From: Bdellovibrionales bacterium
Lineage (GTDB): Bacteria > Bdellovibrionota > Bdellovibrionia > Bdellovibrionales > UBA1609
Assembly: GCA_963692945.1 (NCBI GenBank)
Contig: OY843585.1
Location: forward strand, 1,140,001 to 1,172,000
Direction: 5' to 3'
Length of the DNA stretch: 32,000 nucleotides
Within the stretch, counting starts at the first letter, position 1. Each line of letters starts with the position of its first letter. The notes beneath the pieces are model-generated. The model searched no databases and had not been told where the DNA came from. It worked only from the letters and a program-made list of their open reading frames with translations. Positions 18,266 to 25,427 of the stretch are shown one piece after another. A program made the translations under genes and the position numbers.

Positions 18266-18433
18266 TTAATTTATTTCTTCATAATCTCTAATTATTCCAT
18301 GAAGATTGTTTACACCTACTCTAATCTCTTCTGTACTATTATCTATTTTTTCACAAAAATTCTTTGCAAATTTTTTAATATCTTTTATATGCTCTTCTAT
18401 TAAATCCCTAATCTCACTATAGTGAACACTCAT
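18266..18433 (-). CDS. Small acidic helical protein, 55 aa (hand-called, below the track cut-off)
   Basis: MSVHYSEIRDLIEEHIKDIKKFAKNFCEKIDNSTEEIRVGVNNLHGIIRDYEEIN. ATG preceded by aacaaaggagtaaagt (strong SD). It ends 38 nt upstream of the 1267-aa gene on the same strand. Confidence 0.55.
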   Translation of the reverse strand: MSVHYSEIRDLIEEHIKDIKKFAKNFCEKIDNSTEEIRVGVNNLHGIIRDYEEIN

Positions 18434-18483
18434 ACTTTACTCCTTTGTTAATAAAAATAAAAACTTTTGTTAAAGAAAGATAC

Positions 18484-18660
18484 TTTTAAGATCATAGGGT
18501 GGTAAGTTGATTGTTTTAAAAGATCTATTCTATTTAAAAAAAATTTAGTTTTTCTAAGTACTTATCATCCTACCGTTCAAAGTTTAAGCTTCATACTTTT
18601 TAATAGTCTCGTATCAATAAAAAAATCTGTTTAAGTTTCATCTGTTTTAAAACTATACTA
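18484..18660 (+). repeat. Intergenic repeat family, copy A
   Basis: ttttaagatcatagggtggtaagttgattgttttaaaagatctattctatttaaaaaaaatttagtttttctaagtacttatcatcctaccgttcaaagtttaagcttcatactttttaa aligns by eye along ~125 bp with 24768-24902 and with the reverse complement of 31114-31262. Confidence 0.65.
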
Positions 18661-18770
18661 TTTATGCAATAATTCTCTGTTTTTAGGTAAAAATCTCAGT
18701 ATAAATATAGTTTTAACTATACTTTATATGTAGAAATTACTCATTTTTAAGTAAAAACTACATATAAAAA
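18651..18770 (+). promoter_or_regulatory. Two ~56-bp direct repeats with a 64-bp period, upstream of abiEi (candidate operator/promoter)
   Basis: aactatactatttatgcaataattctctgtttttaggtaaaaatctcagtataaa (from 18651) versus aactatactttatatgtagaaattactcatttttaagtaaaaactacatataaa (from 18715). Each contains a near-palindrome tttttaRgtaaaaa. Confidence 0.4.
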
Positions 18771-18806
18771 TTGATTTTACAAGAGAATTACTGTATAAAT
18801 GAAGTT

Positions 18807-19700
18807 ATGAAAAAACAATTACTTACAACCAAACAAAAGCTTTCTGCTTTATTTGCTTCTGGTGATTTTATAAGAATCGACGATGCTAAAAATATACTAA
18901 GACTATCAAGGGTTCAAACTTCTAAAACTCTATCAAAATGGGCAAAACAAGGTTGGTTGAGGCGAATCGCTTCTGGTGTTTATATACCTGTTCCTCTTGG
19001 TATTGGTGATGATGAGCAAGTTCTAGATGATCCTTGGGTTGTAATACCTGAATTATTTCCAACTTATTATATTGGAGGTTTATCAGCAGCTTCTTATTGG
19101 GAACTCACAGAACAAATTTTTAAAAATACTTTTGTTTTTACAACAAAAGCTGTTAGGTCTAACACTACTCTTATACAAGATAATACATTTATTATAAAAA
19201 ATATTAACCAACGAAAAATATTTGGTACAGAACAAATATGGAGAGGAAGAAGAAAAATTTTTATATCAGATGTTTATAAAACTTTAATTGATATGTTAGA
19301 TGACCCTTCTGTTGGAGGAGGCATTCAGCATGTCTCTTATTGTTTTGATACTTTGATAAAATTAGATTTTAAAAAGAGGCAAGGACATAGATTGTTATCA
19401 CGAAAAAGAAGTGAACTAAAAAATGGAAGATCTCTGGAATATGATGATTTAAAAGAGTCTAGACAAAAAAAAGATTTTGAAAAATTAATCACTTACTCTA
19501 AGAGGATTAATAACGGCAGTGTTTTTAAAAGGCTTGGTTTTCTTGCAGATCAAAATCCTCAATCTAGAAATCTAGCTATGGAGTGTGAAAAATATTTAAC
19601 TAAAGGATATGCTAAACTAGATCCTTCTATAAAATGTGATAAGCTTATAACAAAATGGCGATTATGGATTCCAAGTTTCTGGTTTAAAAAGAATTTATGA
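18807..19700 (+). CDS. abiEi: AbiEi-family antitoxin / transcriptional regulator (type IV TA)
   Basis: N-terminal wHTH-like segment (ILRLSRVQTSKTLSKWAKQGWLRRIASGVYIPVP). Gene order and a 4-nt overlap with an AbiEii-type NTase gene. The track ORF starts at TTG 18771; I prefer ATG 18807 (MKKQLL...). Confidence 0.7.
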   Translation: MKKQLLTTKQKLSALFASGDFIRIDDAKNILRLSRVQTSKTLSKWAKQGWLRRIASGVYIPVPLGIGDDEQVLDDPWVVIPELFPTYYIGGLSAASYWELTEQIFKNTFVFTTKAVRSNTTLIQDNTFIIKNINQRKIFGTEQIWRGRRKIFISDVYKTLIDMLDDPSVGGGIQHVSYCFDTLIKLDFKKRQGHRLLSRKRSELKNGRSLEYDDLKESRQKKDFEKLITYSKRINNGSVFKRLGFLADQNPQSRNLAMECEKYLTKGYAKLDPSIKCDKLITKWRLWIPSFWFKKNL

Positions 19701-20875
19701 TTACAAAACAAGAAATAAGAAATAGAGCTTCTATAACATCATTATATCCTCATGTTATTGAAAAAAATTATGCTTTAGCTTGGTTACTAAATGGAATTTT
19801 TAATCATAAAGAGCTTAAAGATAAATGGATATTTAAAGGTGGAACTTGTATAAAGAAATGCTACTTTGAAACTTATCGTTTTTCGGAGGATTTAGATTTT
19901 ACTTTGAAAGATAATACTCATTTTGAAGTAAGTTTTCTAAAAAATACATTTAATGATATTTCACATTGGATTGAAAAAATATCAGGCCTCTCTTTTCCAT
20001 CTGAATCCCATACATTTGAGATTGTTACCAAACAAAACGGTCAGGTAAGTGTTGAAGGAAAAATTGCTTATTCAGGCCCAGTATCTCCTCAAATTGGATT
20101 GCCAAAAATAAAACTAGATCTTACAGCGGATGAACTAATTATTTTACCTCCTGTTCAAAAACAAGTCTCTCATCCATATTCAGATCGCCCAAAAGCTGGC
20201 ATTCAGATTATGTCTTATGCTTATGAAGAGATTTTTGCAGAAAAAATTAGAGCTCTTGCTCAAAGAGCAAATCCTCGTGATCTTTATGATGTGGTCAATC
20301 TCTATAGAAATCCAAATGCAACATCAGATATATCTTTATTAAAAGATATTCTTAGGCAGAAATGTGAATATAAAAATATTTCAATTCCAAAGCTAAAAGA
20401 TGTCATGAGTAATAAAGATAAAATAAATGCTTCATGGAAGGCTATGTTAAATCATCAGCTTTCTTATTTACCTCCCGTAGAGGGTTATTGGAAATCTCTA
20501 TCTAATTTCTTTCATTGGATAGGAGGTAATGTAAAAAATGAAAAAACATCTATTCAACTAAAACAAAATGAAATTTTAGTTACAGAACAAACCCTTAACC
20601 TTCCTTTAGAACAAATAAAAATAAAAACTTTTGTTGAGAAAATTCGTTTTGCTTCTACAAATCATCTTTGTGTAAAAATTAAATATGAAGATTCAGAGCA
20701 TCTCATTGAGGCTTATGCTTTAAGCAAAAAAGAAGGAGTGCATTTTATTTTATACACTTGGAATCTTACAAAAGAACAAATTTGCACTTACCTTATAACA
20801 CGAATAAAATCTTGTGAGATAACAGATCAATCTTTTAACCCTAGATATAAAATAGATATAATACCAAAGATTTAA
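19697..20875 (+). CDS. abiEii: AbiEii/AbiGii-family nucleotidyltransferase toxin with a C-terminal WYL-like extension
   Basis: FKGGTCIKKCYFETYRFSEDLDF and EEIFAEKIRALAQRANPRDLYD match the AbiEii (DUF1814) NTase pattern. The extra ~100 aa at the C-terminus (VKIKYEDSEHLIEAYAL..FILYTWN...TYLITRIKSCEIT) are discussed in findings. Confidence 0.75.
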   Translation: MITKQEIRNRASITSLYPHVIEKNYALAWLLNGIFNHKELKDKWIFKGGTCIKKCYFETYRFSEDLDFTLKDNTHFEVSFLKNTFNDISHWIEKISGLSFPSESHTFEIVTKQNGQVSVEGKIAYSGPVSPQIGLPKIKLDLTADELIILPPVQKQVSHPYSDRPKAGIQIMSYAYEEIFAEKIRALAQRANPRDLYDVVNLYRNPNATSDISLLKDILRQKCEYKNISIPKLKDVMSNKDKINASWKAMLNHQLSYLPPVEGYWKSLSNFFHWIGGNVKNEKTSIQLKQNEILVTEQTLNLPLEQIKIKTFVEKIRFASTNHLCVKIKYEDSEHLIEAYALSKKEGVHFILYTWNLTKEQICTYLITRIKSCEITDQSFNPRYKIDIIPKI

Positions 20876-20898
20876 AGTTACACTCTCAAAATCTACCA

Positions 20899-22887
20899 TC
20901 ACTTCCATAACTCGCTTTCTGTTTTGTATTTACCACTATAAACAGCATGGTAAGCCGAGGGGATATCTATAGGCTTCACAGGTAAACCTTTAAACTTTCC
21001 GGTTTTAAAAACCTTGATTCCTTTTTTAGAAAGACTAACACTTTGTTTAGCATATTCATTCCAACCCTTTTGAGACCAACATCTCTTATCAAGTGACTTT
21101 TTTAAAAATCTTTTAAATTCAAAAAAGGATCTGTATTTTGCCTTTATCAAAGAGAGATTTCCTGTTCCTAAAAAACAACCAAAACCCTCAAAGTCTTTTC
21201 TATAAGTTTTATCAACAGCAACAGGAATGTCTATAGGCTTCACAGGTAAACCCTTAAACTTTCCTACAGGTAATCTCGGCAAACCCTTAAACCTACCACT
21301 CTTAAAAACCGACAAACCTCCCACAGCACCCTTAGAACCCAACACAGCACCCCTCAAGCCAGAAACACCCTTAACACCAGAAGCACCTCTCACAACACCC
21401 CTCAAACCAGAAACACCCTTAACTCCAAAAGAGCCAGAAGCACCCTTAACTCCAGAAACACCCCTCAAGCCAGAAGCACCCTTAACTCCAGAAGAACCAG
21501 AAGCACCCTTAACTCCAAAAGAGCCAGAAGCACCTCTCACAGCACCACTCAAACCAGAAGCCCCCTTAACTCCAGAAAAACCAAAAGAACCCAAAGAACC
21601 CCCCAAAGAACCAAAAGAACCAACAACAGCCCAAACTTCCAAAGAAACTCTACAATACTCTTTCCACTCCACTTGACCCTTAAGGTTTAAACTTTGAACA
21701 AATTTTTTAGCCTCAACATAAGATCTATAATTTCTTTTGCGAGTTGGAATATTTCCACTTCCTAAAAAATCCCCCCAACTAAAGTTTTCATTCCTAAAGT
21801 TTTTATAATGATGATAGACAGCCCTTGGTATATCAACGGGACGCAAAGGGAGTCCTTTAAACTTCCCTTTATCAATAACCAACCGACTTCCTTTAAACTT
21901 CCCTCTACCAGTAACCAACCGACTTCCTTTAAACTTCCCTTTATCAATAACCAACCGATTTCTTTTTCTTGCCAGATCTGAATCTCTACAATAATCCCTC
22001 CACTCAAACTGATTTTTTAAATGAAGGTTTTTTACAAACAAGCATGCCTTTTTATAACTTCTATAAGAAAGGGGTTCTCGCTTTGGTTGAACAAAAAGTA
22101 AAAAGAAACTCCAACCTCTCCACTGACTTTGATAAATCTTTTGAGGGTGGTCAGGAATGTTTGTAGGTTTAACTTTTAATCCTTTAAACTTCCCTTTTTT
22201 AAAAACCTTTAAACTCTCATATTTTTTAGAAACTTCACAATACTCTTTATAAGTCTTCTTCGAATCAATGAAAACATGATGTTCATTCAATCTTCTCACC
22301 CATTTGTAAGCTATAGAAAAAGAACAATATTTTTTTTGATAAGGAGCCAGATGCTTAGAGTCTAAAAAATCCCTGTAGCCCTTCCATTCCTTTTTATAAA
22401 CGGCGTAGGGATCAAATGGAACTTTTCCTGTTGGAAATTTTGGGAGCAAGACTTGCCCATGACAGATTTCACCTTTAGCCCAGAGTTCAAATTCTTTTTT
22501 ACTTCCAAGTTTTAGTTTTCTAACATAAGCCCTTGCTTTTTTATAAGACCAAAAACCTTTTGACCTTTGATGAGGTGAAAAATGATTTGTCCCTAAAAAA
22601 TCCCCCCAACCCTTCCACTCTTTTTTATAAACAGAGTGAACAGACGAGGGTATGTCTTTTGGCTTTTTATTAGATTTAGCCCAACAAATAAACTCCCCTC
22701 TATTCTTAAACTTTTTAGATTGAATATACTTTTTAGCTTCCAAAAAACTTTTGTAGCGTAAAGATACAACATCTAATTTCTTACTAGACTTAACTAAGAC
22801 AATAGATGCTTTTTTATTCTTAAACTTTTTAGCTTGAATGTATTTTCTAGATTCTGAAAAACTTTTATAACTTTTTTGGTAAGGCAT
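20899..22887 (-). CDS. Repeat protein built from integrase-repeat-like modules with a central Gly-X-Y (collagen-like) segment
   Basis: At least 5 modules of the type YRSY.EAKKFV..L.LK...EW.EYC....GKFKGLPVKP.DIP....VYK.EWKGWGDFLG. aa 421-526 are Gly-rich with long runs of G-X-Y triplets. Confidence 0.7.
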   Translation of the reverse strand: MPYQKSYKSFSESRKYIQAKKFKNKKASIVLVKSSKKLDVVSLRYKSFLEAKKYIQSKKFKNRGEFICWAKSNKKPKDIPSSVHSVYKKEWKGWGDFLGTNHFSPHQRSKGFWSYKKARAYVRKLKLGSKKEFELWAKGEICHGQVLLPKFPTGKVPFDPYAVYKKEWKGYRDFLDSKHLAPYQKKYCSFSIAYKWVRRLNEHHVFIDSKKTYKEYCEVSKKYESLKVFKKGKFKGLKVKPTNIPDHPQKIYQSQWRGWSFFLLFVQPKREPLSYRSYKKACLFVKNLHLKNQFEWRDYCRDSDLARKRNRLVIDKGKFKGSRLVTGRGKFKGSRLVIDKGKFKGLPLRPVDIPRAVYHHYKNFRNENFSWGDFLGSGNIPTRKRNYRSYVEAKKFVQSLNLKGQVEWKEYCRVSLEVWAVVGSFGSLGGSLGSFGFSGVKGASGLSGAVRGASGSFGVKGASGSSGVKGASGLRGVSGVKGASGSFGVKGVSGLRGVVRGASGVKGVSGLRGAVLGSKGAVGGLSVFKSGRFKGLPRLPVGKFKGLPVKPIDIPVAVDKTYRKDFEGFGCFLGTGNLSLIKAKYRSFFEFKRFLKKSLDKRCWSQKGWNEYAKQSVSLSKKGIKVFKTGKFKGLPVKPIDIPSAYHAVYSGKYKTESELWK

Positions 22888-23070
22888 GTTGAACTATTCA
22901 CTATCTATGCAAGCGACACTTTGCTTGGATATATTTCTTAGCTTTTGAAAAACTTTTGTAACTTTTTTGGTAAGGCATGTTGAACTATTCACTATCTACA
23001 AGATACACTTTGCTTGAATGTATTTCTTAGCTTTTGAAAAACTTTTGTAACTTTTTTGGTAAGGCATTTT
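22888..23070 (-). repeat. Two extra tandem ~90-bp copies of the 5' end of gene 20899..22887
   Basis: atgccttaccaaaaaagtta.aaaagtttttc starts (minus strand) at 22887, 22978 and 23067. The upstream copies encode MPYQKSYKSFSKAKKYIQAKC.. and then hit stops. Confidence 0.8.
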
Positions 23071-23916
23071 TTAGTAAGCTCCACTAAAAGCCGAAGTATG
23101 ATCTGAGTCACATAAACCATAACCTACTGAAAAAAACCAACGCTTTGTAAAACCAACTTTATCACCTATTAGGAATCCTCTTTGATCAGCTGAGGCTCTC
23201 CAATGAGGTTGTCCAGTAGAATATTTAGGACTTTTTGTGTGTGTAATAGAAATACACACTACTCCTCTACCGATATCAGCTACTCCTGTGCATACGAGTC
23301 CATCTTTATATGACTGACCTGATGAAAAAGTCTTGCCAGAACTAACTGCGTGAAATATTGATGAGTAAGACTGCCTTGTTCTAACTCTATATAGACCATA
23401 ATTATCACATTTAAAACCTAACTTTTGAAAAGAGTTACAACCCCTTACCCCGTTTAATGCTAAACAATTCTGTATGGCTTTACTTGCGTTGATTGTAGAG
23501 ATTTTTATTACTCTTTTTACAGCGCTTTCTTGATATTTATTATACGCAGTTATCACAATAGAAGCTAATAGTCCTAAAATTCCAACTACGATTAAAACTT
23601 CTATAAAAGAAAATCCTTTTTTATTTTTACTTAGTTTTTTCTCCTCTGCTTTCAATTCTTTTATGGAGTAATCTTCATATTTTCTATAAGTTTCTTTGCT
23701 TAGCTCGCTACAGTTTCTAAGTCCTTTACCTGTTTCAATAGATTTATAATTCCTACATTTCATTTTTATACTATCTAAAGAACAAGTAAAACTTTCATCA
23801 TTCTTTTTTAAATTTTTACAAAGCTGGTCTCTATGAAGAACATTTTCTCTATAAATTATAAAGACTTTTAGCTCATGTAGATTTGTCCATTTCATTCTTG
23901 TTTTTCTTTTACTCAT
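23071..23916 (-). CDS. Pilin-like protein with a prepilin-type motif ~100 aa from the annotated N-terminus
   Basis: KKG|FSFIEVLIVVGILGLLASIVITAYNKYQESA at aa 99-130. No in-frame ATG lies close to the motif. An in-frame TTG at 23653-23655 would give a normal 14-aa leader (MKAEEKKLSKNKKG). Confidence 0.65.
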   Translation of the reverse strand: MSKRKTRMKWTNLHELKVFIIYRENVLHRDQLCKNLKKNDESFTCSLDSIKMKCRNYKSIETGKGLRNCSELSKETYRKYEDYSIKELKAEEKKLSKNKKGFSFIEVLIVVGILGLLASIVITAYNKYQESAVKRVIKISTINASKAIQNCLALNGVRGCNSFQKLGFKCDNYGLYRVRTRQSYSSIFHAVSSGKTFSSGQSYKDGLVCTGVADIGRGVVCISITHTKSPKYSTGQPHWRASADQRGFLIGDKVGFTKRWFFSVGYGLCDSDHTSAFSGAY

Positions 23917-23938
23917 TACCTAAGAAGTAAGGGCTTCC

Positions 23939-23964
23939 TTTTAAAGAAGCCCTTTAATTTATAA
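23939..23964 (-). terminator. Hairpin downstream of pilin gene 24012..24656 (candidate intrinsic terminator)
   Basis: aagggcttc (23939-23947) / gaagccctt (23956-23964), 9-bp perfect stem with an 8-nt loop, followed on the minus strand by acttctt. Confidence 0.5.
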
Positions 23965-24011
23965 AATTTCATTATTTACATACATAACACTAACTAATAG
24001 ATATGAACTTA

Positions 24012-24656
24012 TTAAGGACTACATACTCCACTACTACACTGAACAGTTGTTTTGGATGTTGTTCCTGTTCCACAATTAGTTGGTGAAGCCACGCTAGGAG
24101 CTGTTCCAGTGCAAACAGGTGGAGTGCAACCAGATGGGCATGAAGCAAGAACATGAGTTCTACAAGTAACTAGTGTTGAACTACCTCCAGCAGTGTAAGA
24201 AGAAGGAGCTAAGTCAATACAAGCTGCCCCACCAGGTGATCCAGTTCTTTGCACTGGTACATTACTTGTAGTATCTATAGACCAACAACCTTCATTTCCA
24301 TCACCATCATTTCCAACATATACTTCAAAACAAACATTATTAGCTGTTCCATTATCAACAGCAATTGTTGCTCCAGACTGAGATTTTACTCCTATCTCTG
24401 TTATAGAATTACACCCATCAAAACTACCTAAGACCCTACAAGTATTATAAGATTTCTCTATTAAATTTAAACTTGATGCTACCACTCCTCTCCTAGCACT
24501 ATCTTGATATTTTTGATACGCAGGAATAGCAACAGCAGCTAACACTCCAATTATGGCGACAACCACAAGCAATTCTATTAAGGAAAACCCTTTTTTCCTC
24601 TTTTCTTTTTTGTTCTTATTTAAAGGCTTGAACCAGCCTATTTTTTTAAAGTCCAT
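24012..24656 (-). CDS. Type IV pilin (candidate major pilin of the second cluster)
   Basis: Leader ...KEKRKKG|FSLIELLVVVAIIGVLAAVAIPAYQKYQDSA. AAGGAGG SD. Cys-rich C-terminal region. Hairpin terminator downstream. Confidence 0.85.
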   Translation of the reverse strand: MDFKKIGWFKPLNKNKKEKRKKGFSLIELLVVVAIIGVLAAVAIPAYQKYQDSARRGVVASSLNLIEKSYNTCRVLGSFDGCNSITEIGVKSQSGATIAVDNGTANNVCFEVYVGNDGDGNEGCWSIDTTSNVPVQRTGSPGGAACIDLAPSSYTAGGSSTLVTCRTHVLASCPSGCTPPVCTGTAPSVASPTNCGTGTTSKTTVQCSSGVCSP

Positions 24657-24767
24657 ACGACCTCCTTATTGATAACAAATAGATAGAAATACAATTATAT
24701 CTATACCGATATATTCTCATTTAAGAAAAACTAAAAGGCAATTTTTTGATTGAAAAAGTCGGTTTTT

Positions 24768-24902
24768 AAGATTTTAGGCTAGTGAATGGATTACTTTAAA
24801 AGATAGATTTTTATTTAAAAAGCTAGTGTTTTTAAGCATTTATTGACTTACTGTTCATAATTTAATCTCTTTTAAAAAGATATTCTCAAAATGAAACACT
24901 GC
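24768..24902 (+). repeat. Intergenic repeat family, copy B
   Basis: tttaagattttaggctagtgaatggattactttaaaagatagatttttatttaaaaagctagtgtttttaagcatttattgacttactgttcataatttaatctcttttaaaaagatattctcaaaatgaaacact. It ends 5 nt from the XRE gene stop codon. Confidence 0.65.
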
Positions 24903-24907
24903 TTTAA

Positions 24908-25189
24908 TTATTTGATCTTTTTCAGGTCTATTTTTTTGCTTTGAAGCATCAAAGGACTAACATTTAAAGCCTTTGAAATAGCTGTTATGGTTCCAACCCT
25001 CAAATCCTTTATTCTTCTTTGCTCAATATCTGCAATGGTAGTCAAAGATAGGTTAGATTTTTTAGCCACATCTAGTTGGGTATAGCCCCTATATTTTCTA
25101 ACAAGTTCCATGTTGATAGAAAAGTTTGAAATAATCCTTTTAAGCTCCAAGTCTTCTATCACTATATCTTCAGGTTTTAATCGTGCCAT
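24908..25189 (-). CDS. XRE-family helix-turn-helix transcriptional regulator
   Basis: 93 aa. HTH_3 pattern RKYRGYTQLDVAKKSNLSLTTIADIEQRR. Confidence 0.75.
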   Translation of the reverse strand: MARLKPEDIVIEDLELKRIISNFSINMELVRKYRGYTQLDVAKKSNLSLTTIADIEQRRIKDLRVGTITAISKALNVSPLMLQSKKIDLKKIK

Positions 25190-25427
25190 AACTAGAAAAT
25201 AATACTTTTTTCTACTTATTAAATATGGAAATACCCCTTGTTGATAAAATGGCTATATTCTAAGAAATAGGAGTTTAAAGTATCAAAAAACAACCCTGCC
25301 TATACCAGAAGAAGCAAATGGTAAAGATACAATCTACAAAATTTTTGAAAAAACCTACATATATTAAAAATTTAGATTAGTAAATTGATTGTTTTAAAAG
25401 ATATATTTTATTTAAAAAATACAAAAA

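Noticed and set aside
21227-21676. 149-aa plus-strand ORF with Pro-rich PLTPE/PLKPE repeats
   Set aside because: It is the antisense mirror of the Gly-X-Y tract, since GGN/GNN codons read as NCC on the other strand. The minus-strand ORF continues for 662 aa with recognisable modules on both sides, whereas this one has no context, no SD and ends at the tract borders.
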